From the NCBI GenBank assembly GCA_963754315.1, contig CAVWFS010000005.1, positions 96,001-160,000 on the forward strand: a stretch of 64,000 nt of DNA. Reading direction: 5' to 3'. The translations under genes were made by a program, and so were the position numbers. Each line of letters starts with the position of its first letter. Within the stretch, counting starts at the first letter, position 1. This DNA comes from an uncultured Candidatus Rokubacteria bacterium. GTDB taxonomy: Bacteria; Methylomirabilota; Methylomirabilia; Rokubacteriales; CSP1-6. Below the pieces are notes generated by a model that ran no database searches, had not been told where the DNA came from, and saw only the letters and a program-made list of their open reading frames with translations. Shown one piece after another: positions 20,990-30,281 of this stretch.

Positions 20990-22141
20990 ATGTCATTGCG
21001 AGACAAGGGCGCGATCACAGGCGTGGGCGAGACGGCGTATAGCCGCAATTCCGGCCAGACGGTCGTTGCGCTCCAGATGAGCGCCGCCCTGGCCGCCATT
21101 GCCGACGCGGGACTGAGCCCGAAGGACATCGACGGCATCATTCCCTATGGGACGAGCGGCGTCGTTGCCGAGGACTTCGTCACCAACTTCGGTATTCCTG
21201 ACCTCCGCTTCTCGGCCACCACGCCGATGGGCGGTGCCAGCTGCGTGGCGGCCGTCCAGTGCGCGGCGGCCGCTATCAGCGCCGGCGTCTGCCGGCACGT
21301 CCTGATCCCGCTCGGACGCAACGGCGCGTCGCAGACGCGCATCGGATCGCGCGTCAGACAGTTGCCGCAGTTCCGCATGGTCGGCGAGTTCGAGATGCCC
21401 ATCGGGGCCATCGCCCCCGCCCAGCTCTACGCGCCGATGGCCCGGCGGCACATGGAGCTCTACGGGACTACCTCGCGCCAGTTCGGCGAGATCGCGGTGA
21501 CGACCCGCCGCCACGCCGGGCTGCACGGCAACGCCATGATGACGACGCCCATCACCCTCGAGGACCATCAGCAGTCGCGGATGATCGCCGACCCGCTGCG
21601 CCTGCTCGACTGTAGCCTGGAGAGCGACGGCGCCGCCGCCGTGATCGTGAGCGCGGCCGAGCGCGCCCCAGATCTGAAGAAGCGACCCGTCTACATCGCG
21701 GGGGTGGCCGAAGGCCATCCTGATTCGCCGAGCACGATCACGCAACGACCCGATCTCACGACGTTCGGCACTGCCAAGGCGGCGCCGCGCGCGTTCGCCA
21801 TGGCCGGGGTGACGCCGGCCGACATCGACGTCGCCGAGATCTACGACTGCTTCACGTTCAACGTGCTCTGCCAGATCGAGGACCTCGGCTTCTGCAAGAA
21901 GGGCGAAGGCGGGCCATTCGTGGAGGGCGGTGCGCTCGGGCTCGGCGGCCGCTTGCCCGTGAACACCCACGGCGGGCTCCTGTCGCAGGCGCACATGGCA
22001 GGTCTCAATCACATCGTCGAGCTGGTGCGGCAGCTCCGCGGCGAGGGCGGCGCCACCCAGGTTCCCGACGCCGAGGTCGGCCTCGTGACCGGCTACGGCG
22101 ATCTGGGCGACGGCGCCGTCGCCATCATGCGCCGAGGCTGA
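20990..22141 (+). CDS. SCP-x-like thiolase family protein
   Basis: AITGVGET, DCSLESDGAAA, EIYDCFT, PVNTHGGLLS. Confidence 0.9.
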   Translation: MSLRDKGAITGVGETAYSRNSGQTVVALQMSAALAAIADAGLSPKDIDGIIPYGTSGVVAEDFVTNFGIPDLRFSATTPMGGASCVAAVQCAAAAISAGVCRHVLIPLGRNGASQTRIGSRVRQLPQFRMVGEFEMPIGAIAPAQLYAPMARRHMELYGTTSRQFGEIAVTTRRHAGLHGNAMMTTPITLEDHQQSRMIADPLRLLDCSLESDGAAAVIVSAAERAPDLKKRPVYIAGVAEGHPDSPSTITQRPDLTTFGTAKAAPRAFAMAGVTPADIDVAEIYDCFTFNVLCQIEDLGFCKKGEGGPFVEGGALGLGGRLPVNTHGGLLSQAHMAGLNHIVELVRQLRGEGGATQVPDAEVGLVTGYGDLGDGAVAIMRRG

Positions 22142-22145
22142 CCGT

Positions 22146-22562
22146 ATGACCGACCTTGCCTACACCAAGCCCCTCCCGGAGCCGGACCGCGACACCATGC
22201 CGTACTGGGACGCGCTGAGGGAGGGCCGGCTGGTCATCCAGCAATGCGCCGCGTGCGGCAAGCTGCGCCACTATCCGCGCCCGGTCTGCGATTCGTGCTA
22301 CTCCATGGACGCCACCTGGCGGCAGCTGTCGGGACGAGGCTCGATCCACAGCTGGACAATCGCCCATCATCCGTTCCACTCGGGGTTCAAGACCGAGCTG
22401 CCGTATGTGCTGGCCACCGTGGACCTGGTCGAAGGCGTCCGCATGATCGCCCAACTCCGCGACGTCGCGCCCGATGCCATCAGGGTCGGCCTTCCGGTCG
22501 AGATCGCCTTCGAGCGGGCGACGGACGAGCTGACCTTACCCGTCTTCCGGCAGATCGCCTGA
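22146..22562 (+). CDS. DUF35 Zn-ribbon/OB-fold protein (thiolase partner)
   Basis: CAACG...PRPVCDSC, PYVLATVDLVEGVRM; directly after the thiolase. Confidence 0.9.
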   Translation: MTDLAYTKPLPEPDRDTMPYWDALREGRLVIQQCAACGKLRHYPRPVCDSCYSMDATWRQLSGRGSIHSWTIAHHPFHSGFKTELPYVLATVDLVEGVRMIAQLRDVAPDAIRVGLPVEIAFERATDELTLPVFRQIA

Positions 22563-22575
22563 CGCGCCTCGCGCC

Positions 22576-23127
22576 CTACAATCCCTTTTCCGTCGGATGC
22601 GTCGGGGCCTCCAGCTCGTAGGTGTTCATGTTGTACGCCAGCACCGCATAGCACGCGATCAGATTCGTCAAGGTCATGGTTCCGCGCTGCCCGAACCGGG
22701 TGGTGGCGGCCTCGAACGTCGGCCGGCTGACCTTGCGGTTCTGGAGAAGCTCGCGGGTGAAGTCCACCACGACTTGCTCCTCCGGCTCGAGGTTGGTCAG
22801 CGGGCGCCTCTCGCGGATGCTGTCCACGATGTCGTCGCGGACGCCGGCCTGCCGGGCCGCGGCGGCGTGAGCGTACCAGATGAAGGCGCAGCTCATCTCC
22901 CTGGCCACCGAGATCATGACCAGCTCCTGCAGCTTCTGGGGCAGGCTGCCCTCCTCGCGCAGGTGCATCCGCAGGGCCTCGAGCCGCTGCGCCATCTCGG
23001 GCATGTGCAGCAGGAGCGAGTACGGGCCGACGTTGGGCCTGTTCGCCCGGCTCGCCATGAAGGCGTCAAACGCAGGTCTTTCCTTCTCGGCAATCTGTTC
23101 TCTGGTGACGAGCGGTATGCGAGCCAT
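22576..23127 (-). CDS. Carboxymuconolactone decarboxylase/AhpD-like protein
   Basis: MARIP, GPYSLLLHMPE, ELVMISVARE...WYAH. Confidence 0.8.
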   Translation of the reverse strand: MARIPLVTREQIAEKERPAFDAFMASRANRPNVGPYSLLLHMPEMAQRLEALRMHLREEGSLPQKLQELVMISVAREMSCAFIWYAHAAAARQAGVRDDIVDSIRERRPLTNLEPEEQVVVDFTRELLQNRKVSRPTFEAATTRFGQRGTMTLTNLIACYAVLAYNMNTYELEAPTHPTEKGL

Positions 23128-23159
23128 GAAACCTCCTTGAGAGTCACTCACTGCTGTTC

Positions 23160-24182
23160 TCACGCGTGATGGCCCTGCGCCAGCTGGATCAACGAATCGT
23201 GGATACGGCGGTCGATCTCGATACCCTCGCGCGCGAGGCGCGCCCGCTCCCGATACGCGCGTTCCCCGGGAATGCGGATCTCGTCGACGCCTTCCTGCCG
23301 CGGCGTCGCCTTGATCGCCGCGATCTCGGTCGCCAGCGCGCGCCGATAGTCGTTCAGCGGAATGAACAGGTCGGGCTTGAATGCGATGAAGAGGTAGCCG
23401 CCGCTCTCTTCGTCCGTCATCCCGCCACAGAGCACACCGAGGGCGTGCATCGCAAGCGCCAGCGCATAGCCCTTGTGCCCCCCGAACGGCAGGAGGGCGC
23501 CGCGGCGGGCGGCGCCTGCGTCGGTCGTGGCCCGACCGTACTCGTCGATGGCCACGCCCGCGGGCAGCGGGATACCGAGGCGCTGCCGGAACTGGAGATC
23601 GGTGCCCATGAAGGCGGAGGTGCCCAGATCGATCACCAGCGGGTCGCCCTCCATTGGGAAGCCGAAGGCGATTGGATTAGTACCGAGGGCCGCCTTGGCC
23701 CCACCCAGCGGCGCTACCAGAGGGGGGGCCGCCACGGTGTGGATCCCGATCAGCCCCGTCCGCGCCACCATCTCGACGTAGTACGCGCTGCGGCCACTCA
23801 TCCAGATGTTGTTGACACCGACGATCGCGAAGCCATGCCGCTCGGCACGTTCGATCACGGCGCATGTCGCGTAGTACATGCCCAGCATGCCGCTCTGGTT
23901 GCCGCCGTCGAAGAGCACCGACGTGCTCGTCTCCCGGAGCACGCGCATCGGACGGCGAGGAGCCTTGAAGCGCGGGTGATCGGCGACGTTGAGCAGCTTC
24001 GGCAGGCCGGAGTACTCGTAGCCGCACAGGGCCGCGTCGATGACGTGGTCGGCGAGGATCCGGGCCTCCTCGGCCTCATAGCCAATCCCGCGCATGGCAC
24101 CCTCGGCGAGCGCGCGGGCCTCGGCGAGGCTCAGGTGGACACGTGCGGAGAGAGGGCTCGGCATGAGCAGGCGTTCCATCAT
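23160..24182 (-). CDS. Ldh_2 (malate/L-lactate/sulfolactate dehydrogenase) family oxidoreductase
   Basis: LGTNPIAFGFP, LLPFGGHKGYAL, IRIPGER. Confidence 0.9.
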   Translation of the reverse strand: MMERLLMPSPLSARVHLSLAEARALAEGAMRGIGYEAEEARILADHVIDAALCGYEYSGLPKLLNVADHPRFKAPRRPMRVLRETSTSVLFDGGNQSGMLGMYYATCAVIERAERHGFAIVGVNNIWMSGRSAYYVEMVARTGLIGIHTVAAPPLVAPLGGAKAALGTNPIAFGFPMEGDPLVIDLGTSAFMGTDLQFRQRLGIPLPAGVAIDEYGRATTDAGAARRGALLPFGGHKGYALALAMHALGVLCGGMTDEESGGYLFIAFKPDLFIPLNDYRRALATEIAAIKATPRQEGVDEIRIPGERAYRERARLAREGIEIDRRIHDSLIQLAQGHHA

Positions 24183-24240
24183 ACCCCCGGGCCTGTGCTA
24201 GCGTGATCAGGCTCGATCAACGAGTCAGCGGAGGACATCC

Positions 24241-25008
24241 ATGGTCCGCTTCGCGTCCTTTCCGAGCCTCGAAGGCCGCGTCGCCTTCGTCACCGGGGGC
24301 GGCAGTGGCATCGGTGCCTCGATCGTCGAGCACCTTTGCGCCCAGCGCACCCGGGTTGCCTTCGTGGACATCGAGCGCGCGGCGTCCGAGGCGCTCGTGC
24401 GGACGATCGCGCAGCGCGGCCACCCGGCCCCCACCTTCTTGCCGTGCGACCTGCGCGACATCGCGGCGCTGCAGACGGCCGTGGCCGAGGTCCGGAGTCG
24501 GCTCGGCCCCATCAACGTGCTGGTCAACAACGCGGCTCACGACGAGCGTCACGCGATCGAGCGGGTCACCCCCGAATACTGGGACGACCGGTTCGCGGTC
24601 AACCTGCGGCACCAGTTCTTTGCCGCCCAGGCCGTCGTGCCCGACATGACCGTGGCCGGCGGCGGCTCGATCATCAACGTCGGCTCGACTTCGTGGCTGA
24701 TCGGCCAGGGCGGCATGCCCGCCTACCTCAGCGCCAAAGCAGCGGTGGCCGGACTCACCCGGGCCCTCGCCCGCGACCTCGGGCCCATGAATATCCGCGT
24801 CAACTGCATCGTCCCCGGCTGGATCATGACCGAGCGGCAGGTCAGACTCTGGCTCACGCCCGAGGGTGAGCAGGAGCTGCTGCGACGACAGTGTCTGAAG
24901 CGCAAGTTGCTGCCTGAGGACATCGCCCGCGTCGTGCTCTTTTTTGCTGCCGACGACAGCTCGGCCTGCACGAACCAGAGCTACGTCGTCGACGGCGGCT
25001 GGGTGTGA
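24241..25008 (+). CDS. SDR oxidoreductase (aldose/xylose dehydrogenase-like)
   Basis: TGGGSGIG, NNAAHD, YLSAK, VVDGGW. Confidence 0.9.
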   Translation: MVRFASFPSLEGRVAFVTGGGSGIGASIVEHLCAQRTRVAFVDIERAASEALVRTIAQRGHPAPTFLPCDLRDIAALQTAVAEVRSRLGPINVLVNNAAHDERHAIERVTPEYWDDRFAVNLRHQFFAAQAVVPDMTVAGGGSIINVGSTSWLIGQGGMPAYLSAKAAVAGLTRALARDLGPMNIRVNCIVPGWIMTERQVRLWLTPEGEQELLRRQCLKRKLLPEDIARVVLFFAADDSSACTNQSYVVDGGWV

Positions 25009-25472
25009 GGCGACATCCGGACGTGACGCGACGGGTGATATTTCTCGACATCGACGGGGTGCTGGCGCCGATCCGCCGCTGGGATCGGTACGGGGATCTG
25101 GACCCTGGGTGCATTCAGGTGTTGAACGAGATCGTGACGCGCGGCGGAGCCGACGTCGTCGTCTCGTCCACCTGGCGGTACGGCAAGACCGTCGCCGAGC
25201 TGCAGGAGATGCTGGCCGCCCAGGGATTCACCGGCTGCGTGCGCGACAAGACCCCGACCGGCACCCCTGGCGCCGACCGGGGACAGGAGATCGCCGCCTG
25301 GCTCGCGGAGCATGCCGTGGGCGGCTATGTGATCATCGACGATCACGTCGACGTGGGCGAGCTCCGCACCCATCTCGTTCAGACGCATCCGGCCCATGGG
25401 CTCCAGCCCGCCGACGGGGCGCGAGCCATCGCGATGCTCATGCGACACACCACAGGAGGACCGCCATGCTGA
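25005..25472 (+). CDS. HAD-family protein (Swiss-Army-Knife RNA-repair-like HAD domain)
   Basis: IFLDIDGVL, VVSSTWR, RGQEIAAWL, YVIIDD. Confidence 0.8.
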   Translation: MRRHPDVTRRVIFLDIDGVLAPIRRWDRYGDLDPGCIQVLNEIVTRGGADVVVSSTWRYGKTVAELQEMLAAQGFTGCVRDKTPTGTPGADRGQEIAAWLAEHAVGGYVIIDDHVDVGELRTHLVQTHPAHGLQPADGARAIAMLMRHTTGGPPC

Positions 25473-26299
25473 TCGTCGATTCCCAGATCCACCTCTGGCA
25501 GAACGACAAGATGAGCGCGCACCATCGCCAGATTCCGACCTATTCGGTCGACGATGCGCTGGCCGAAATGGCCTCGGCCGGAGTCGATTGTGCGGTGATC
25601 CATCCGCCCAGCTCGCTCGGCGAGCCGGTCAATGCGCTCGCCGTCGAGGCGGTGCGCGCGCACCCCGACAAGTTCTGCATCCTCGGGCACTTCGACCTGC
25701 AAAGCCCGGATCGTGAGCAGATCGTCACCCGCTGGCGCGAACGGCCGGGCATGCTCGGATTCCGGTTCACCTTCAACCAGCCACATCAGAAGGCCTGGTG
25801 GACCGACGGCTCGCTCGACTGGTTCTGGGCGGCCTGCGAGAAGGCGCAATTACCCGTGGGGCTCCTGGCCGGGGGAAACATGGCCGCCCTGGCCAGGATC
25901 GCCGAGCGGCATCCTCGTCTGAAACTGCACATCGACCACCTCGGGCGTCATGGCGGAGGTACCGGGAAGACCGATGACACGGCCTTTGCCGACCTCGCGG
26001 ACATGCTGACCCTCGCCAGATTTCCCAATGTGGCGGTCAAGATGTCGGGCGCGCCGAGCTATTCGAGCCAGCCCTACCCGTACAAGAACATCCACGGCTA
26101 TCTGCGCCAGATCTTCGAGGCGTTCGGGCCAGAGCGCTCGTTCTGGGGTACCGACATTACCCGCATGCCGTGCTCGTATCGGCAATGCGTGACGATGTTC
26201 ACCGAGGAACTGCCGTGGCTCCGGGGCCGCGACCTCGAGCGGGTGATGGGAGGGGCCATCGTCGACTGGCTCGGCTGGAAGCGCCCTCCCGCGCGCTGA
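25466..26299 (+). CDS. Amidohydrolase_2 family protein (lactonase-like)
   Basis: IVDSQIHLW, IDHLG, NVAVKMSG, FWGTD; ATG at 25466 after AGGAGG. Confidence 0.85.
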   Translation: MLIVDSQIHLWQNDKMSAHHRQIPTYSVDDALAEMASAGVDCAVIHPPSSLGEPVNALAVEAVRAHPDKFCILGHFDLQSPDREQIVTRWRERPGMLGFRFTFNQPHQKAWWTDGSLDWFWAACEKAQLPVGLLAGGNMAALARIAERHPRLKLHIDHLGRHGGGTGKTDDTAFADLADMLTLARFPNVAVKMSGAPSYSSQPYPYKNIHGYLRQIFEAFGPERSFWGTDITRMPCSYRQCVTMFTEELPWLRGRDLERVMGGAIVDWLGWKRPPAR

Positions 26300-26322
26300 T
26301 CGTCGCACGGCGGCAGCGGCGC

Positions 26323-26385
26323 GCGTCAGGCCGGCGGCTGGAGCGTCAGGCCGGCGGCTGGAGCGTCAGGCCGGCTGGAGCGTCA
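26323..26385. repeat. Tandem repeat with 20-bp unit gcgtcaggccggcggctgga (2 exact copies, one 17-bp copy, one partial)
   Basis: Read directly; overlaps the stop codon of the LLM gene. Confidence 0.85.
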
Positions 26386-27376
26386 CCTCGTCCGCGAACG
26401 CCGGTCGCACCTCGCGCGCGAAGCGCCGCAGGGACGCCGGGCCGCCCGCGCTGTTGAGTAGCACGTAGGCCGCCCCCGCGGCCCGCAGGGCCTCGAGCTT
26501 GAGGGCGATCGCCTCGGGCGTGCCGTAGAGAGCGCCGGCGCCGATCGCCTCGTCCGAGATCATGCGCTTGTCGTTGTTCCCGTCCGGCCGAAAGGTCAGC
26601 CGGTCGATCCGCCGGCGGGCCGCGATGCGCGTCTCGAACGCCTTCTCCAGCTCGGCTTGTGTGTTCACCACGTTGATGGATCGGGTGACCCCGACCATCA
26701 TCGGATCGAACGTGCGCCCATGCCTCTCGACTTCCGATCTGTAGAGCGCGATCCGCTCGCCGATCTCGGCGACGGAGGCGTACTGATCGAGCAGCAGCTT
26801 GTAACCCTGGGCCGCGACCTTCTTGATGGACTCGGGGCTGCCGGCCCCCATCCACAGCGGCGGATGGGGTTTCTGCGCCGTCGGCGGCTCGACGACCACG
26901 TCGTCGAACTGCCAGTACTTGCCCCGGTGCGACCAGGGAGTGTCCGACGTCCACGCCTTGAGGAGGACGGCCAGGGATTCGTCGAAGCGCTCGGCGGCCT
27001 CCTCCATGGGCACGCAGAACCCGGCGAACTCCCGGTAGCGATAGCCCACGCCGATCCCGAAATCGAGCCGGCCCTGCGACAGCAGGTCGAGGGTGGCCGC
27101 CTGCTCGGCCAGCAACACGGGGTTGTGCCACGGCAAGACGATCACCGCCGTGCCCAGCCGCAAGGTCGTGGTGCGCGCCGCGATGAACGTGAGCAGATTC
27201 ATGGTCGCCGAGATCTGGCCGAATCCGGTGAAATGGTGCTCGACGAGGAACGTGCTGCAGAAGCCGAGCGCCTCCGCCTCGACGTTGTAGTCGACGAACT
27301 CCCGAAACCCCACGCCGCTGTCGACGTCGGGGCCGCCTCGCTTCGCCTGCGCGCTGCCGAAGATTCCGAATCGCAT
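26366..27376 (-). CDS. LLM-class flavin-dependent oxidoreductase
   Basis: MRFGIFG, VEHHF, LAEQAATLDLLSQGRLDFGIG. Confidence 0.9.
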   Translation of the reverse strand: MRFGIFGSAQAKRGGPDVDSGVGFREFVDYNVEAEALGFCSTFLVEHHFTGFGQISATMNLLTFIAARTTTLRLGTAVIVLPWHNPVLLAEQAATLDLLSQGRLDFGIGVGYRYREFAGFCVPMEEAAERFDESLAVLLKAWTSDTPWSHRGKYWQFDDVVVEPPTAQKPHPPLWMGAGSPESIKKVAAQGYKLLLDQYASVAEIGERIALYRSEVERHGRTFDPMMVGVTRSINVVNTQAELEKAFETRIAARRRIDRLTFRPDGNNDKRMISDEAIGAGALYGTPEAIALKLEALRAAGAAYVLLNSAGGPASLRRFAREVRPAFADEVTLQPA

Positions 27377-27386
27377 CCCGTCCCTC

Positions 27387-28355
27387 CTAGCTCCGCAGCT
27401 CGGGAACGACCCAGAAGGGGGCGCGCCCGGCTTCCACCCGCTGAATGTTGTCGAAGCCGTTGCGGTACGCCTTCGTCCAGTTATCCCAGGTGGGGCCGGC
27501 ACTGTGAGGGGTCAGGGTGACGTTCGGAAGCGAGAACAGCGGGTGGTTCGGCTTGGGCGGCTCCTCCACCATCACGTCCAGACCGGCGGCGGCGATCGTG
27601 CCCGAGGTGAGCGCCTGATGGAGGGCGTCCTCGTCGACGACGGGACCACGGCAGGTGTTGATGAGGATCGCGCCGCGCTTCATCATCGCGAACTCGCGCG
27701 TGGACATCATCCGGCGGGTGACGTCGTTCAACGGCACGTGGAGGGTCACGATGTCGGAGGTGCGGAGGAGCTCGGTGAAGAGGGCGAAGCGAACGCCGAG
27801 CGTATCTTCCTGGTCCTCGGTGAGGCGGAGGATGTCGTAGTAGCGAACGTCCATATCGAAGCCCTGAACGCGGCGCGCGACCTTCTTGCCGATGTTGCCG
27901 AGACCCACGATGCCGAGCCGCTTGCCTTCCACCTCGTAGGTACGCATGGCGGCGAAGTCGGCGGCCCGCCACTTCCCGGCGGCGACGTTGTTGTGGTGAT
28001 ACACGAGCTTCTTGAGCACGGCCAGCATGAGCATGACGGCGTGCTCGGCGACGGCGACCGAGTTGGCGCCGCCGTTATTCGCCACGGGCACCCGGGCCTT
28101 GCGCGCGGCCTCGAGGTCGACCCGGTCGTAGCCGGCGCTGGTCAGCTGCACCAGCTTCAGCTTGGGCGTGGCGCGGAAGAACTCGTTGCCGATCCCGTGG
28201 CGCGGCGAGCCGAGATAATAGTCGGCGTCGGCCGCGACATCGTAGAACTCGGGTTTGGTCGGATCGACGACGATCAGCTCCATGCCGGGCGGAAGCAGCT
28301 CGCGCGCGATCTCCATGACGGGAGCCGGCTGCTGAGGCGTGAGAATCTTGGTCAC
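27387..28355 (-). CDS. D-isomer-specific 2-hydroxyacid dehydrogenase
   Basis: SVAVAEH, GIVGLGNIG, LINTCRG, GLDV...EP, LTPHSAG; GTG start after AGGAG. Confidence 0.9.
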   Translation of the reverse strand: MTKILTPQQPAPVMEIARELLPPGMELIVVDPTKPEFYDVAADADYYLGSPRHGIGNEFFRATPKLKLVQLTSAGYDRVDLEAARKARVPVANNGGANSVAVAEHAVMLMLAVLKKLVYHHNNVAAGKWRAADFAAMRTYEVEGKRLGIVGLGNIGKKVARRVQGFDMDVRYYDILRLTEDQEDTLGVRFALFTELLRTSDIVTLHVPLNDVTRRMMSTREFAMMKRGAILINTCRGPVVDEDALHQALTSGTIAAAGLDVMVEEPPKPNHPLFSLPNVTLTPHSAGPTWDNWTKAYRNGFDNIQRVEAGRAPFWVVPELRS

Positions 28356-28515
28356 GAGTCTCCTCCTGGGGACAGCGTCAGGTTGCCGTGTAGTGTAGCC
28401 GAGCCTCGCCTTGAGACCCACCGGGGCGCTACTGGCGGGTCTTCGAAGCGCGGTGGGAACCCGCGTGACGGCCAGGGCGACATCCCGTAAGCTGGGGCTG
28501 AAGGGAGATCGGTCT

Positions 28516-28749
28516 ATGGCAGCGCTCGATTGGTCCCAGTGCCCGGCTGTCGAGAGTATTCCTGGCAAAGTCAGTGGCGCCTGGGTATTCAAGGGGACGC
28601 GCACGCCCGTGGCGGTTGTCTTCGAGAATCTCGAGGACGGCATGACCATTGACGAAGTGATGGAGCAGTTCCCGGTGTCGCGGGAGCAGATCAAGGCTGT
28701 CCTCGAATTCGCCGCCAGGAGTCTCGATGCGCCTGTACCCGGACGTTGA
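28516..28749 (+). CDS. DUF433 antitoxin
   Basis: LDWSQCPAVESIPGKVSGAWVFKGTRTPV. Confidence 0.85.
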   Translation: MAALDWSQCPAVESIPGKVSGAWVFKGTRTPVAVVFENLEDGMTIDEVMEQFPVSREQIKAVLEFAARSLDAPVPGR

Positions 28750-29075
28750 TGCGAGTTCTCTTCGACAATGGGACGCCGAGAGGTGTTGCGGCCGCCTTGG
28801 CAGATCACATCGTCGAAGAGGCTCGGTCGCGAGGCTGGGACGCGCTCACGAACGGTGAACTACTCGATGCCGCTGAAGCCGCTGGATTCGACGTGTTCGT
28901 CACGACGGATCGCAGTATCCCCTACCAACAGAATATGACGACCCGAAGGATCGCTGTCGTGGTGCTTGACAAGACGCGCTGGAGACTGATCAAAGCCAGG
29001 CTCCCTCAGATTGCCGGTGCCGTTGCCGCGGCGATGCCCGGCAGCGTCGTCGAGGTCGAGATCCCCGTCGACTGA
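28749..29075 (+). CDS. DUF5615 PIN-like toxin
   Basis: MRVLFDNGTP, NGELL, VFVTTD, YQQN; TGATG overlap. Confidence 0.85.
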   Translation: MRVLFDNGTPRGVAAALADHIVEEARSRGWDALTNGELLDAAEAAGFDVFVTTDRSIPYQQNMTTRRIAVVVLDKTRWRLIKARLPQIAGAVAAAMPGSVVEVEIPVD

Positions 29076-29098
29076 GTCACGGAGCTGTCGGGTGTGCT

Positions 29099-30151
29099 TC
29101 AGACGCGCTCCAGGACGCGCGCCCACTCCTCGATCGCGTCCTCGTGCTGGGGAGCCAGGCAGATGGCGAGTTGCTGGTAGCCTGCGGCGGCCAGCCCGCG
29201 CACGCGCTCGACGAGCTCGTCGGCCGTTCCGGTCGTGGTCAGGTCGCGGATGAGCGGGGCCGTGAGGAAGGGTTCCTCCTCGGGGCGCGGCCGTATGAAG
29301 TGGCCCCGATGCAAGGTGAGGTAACGCGCGTTGGCGGGCTCGTAGCTCTCGTAGAGGCGCCGGTACTCGGCAACGGCCGGGGCCAACGCCTCGGGCACAC
29401 GGGCTTTGATGGATGCGTCCATCACGCCGTGAAAGAACGCCAGGGCCAGCGGACCGGCCTGGGCGCGGGCGCGCGGCCCGTCCGCCGATTCACCATCGGC
29501 GAGGACGCAGCCCATGGTGAAGGCGGTCTTGTAGAGCGTGGTGGGATCGCGCCCGGCGGCGCGGCAGCTCGCGTCCATCTCGCGGATATCGCGCTCGGCG
29601 CGCGATGGGCGGCCGACGAACGCGAGCCAGCCGTCGCCAATCTCGGCCGCGAGCGCGCGCACACGCGGGCCGAAGGCGGACACGTGCAGTGGCATGGGGC
29701 TGCCCACCGCGAGTAGACCGGCCGCGGGATCGAGAAACCGCACCGTTCGTGGGGCTCCCTCGGCCTCCCATTGCACGGTCTCACCGGCCACCAGCCCCCG
29801 AACCACCCGGACGTACTCGCGAAGATCCGCCAGACGCATCGCCGGCAATCCCATGGTGTTGCGCGCCGTGAACCCCGTCCCCACGCCGAAGTCGATGCGG
29901 CCAGGCGCGAGCTTGAGCAAGGTGGCGAAGCCGTTGGCGGCGGCGGGGGCGATGCGGTTGGTGGGCACGAGCACGCCGGTACCAAGCCGGATCCGGCTCG
30001 TCCTCACAGCGGCGAGGGCCATGGATACGAAGATGTCGGCACAGAGCATCTGGGTATCGTAGAACCAGGCGTGGGAGAACCCGAGCGCCTCGGCGCGCTG
30101 CGCGACCTTCCAGCCGTCGACACCAGAAGCGATCCCGATCCCGAAGTCCAT
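29099..30151 (-). CDS. LLM-class flavin-dependent oxidoreductase (Mer-like)
   Basis: MDFGIG, HAWFYD, RIRLGTGV, APGRIDFGVGTG. Confidence 0.9.
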   Translation of the reverse strand: MDFGIGIASGVDGWKVAQRAEALGFSHAWFYDTQMLCADIFVSMALAAVRTSRIRLGTGVLVPTNRIAPAAANGFATLLKLAPGRIDFGVGTGFTARNTMGLPAMRLADLREYVRVVRGLVAGETVQWEAEGAPRTVRFLDPAAGLLAVGSPMPLHVSAFGPRVRALAAEIGDGWLAFVGRPSRAERDIREMDASCRAAGRDPTTLYKTAFTMGCVLADGESADGPRARAQAGPLALAFFHGVMDASIKARVPEALAPAVAEYRRLYESYEPANARYLTLHRGHFIRPRPEEEPFLTAPLIRDLTTTGTADELVERVRGLAAAGYQQLAICLAPQHEDAIEEWARVLERV

Positions 30152-30281
30152 TGGATCTTCCTCGCCTTCTTCCTCACCACGCCCGCGCCCAAGGGAGCGC
30201 GAGCTGCCGAGTATACTGTACCGGCCACGCACGGGGCGCCCTCGCCGAAGTCGTGCGAGAGCAGGTCAGGAGAAGAACACT

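Noticed and set aside
24944..26299. 451-aa amidohydrolase with long N-terminal extension
   Set aside because: The extension overlaps the HAD gene; the RBS and family start point to ATG 25466.
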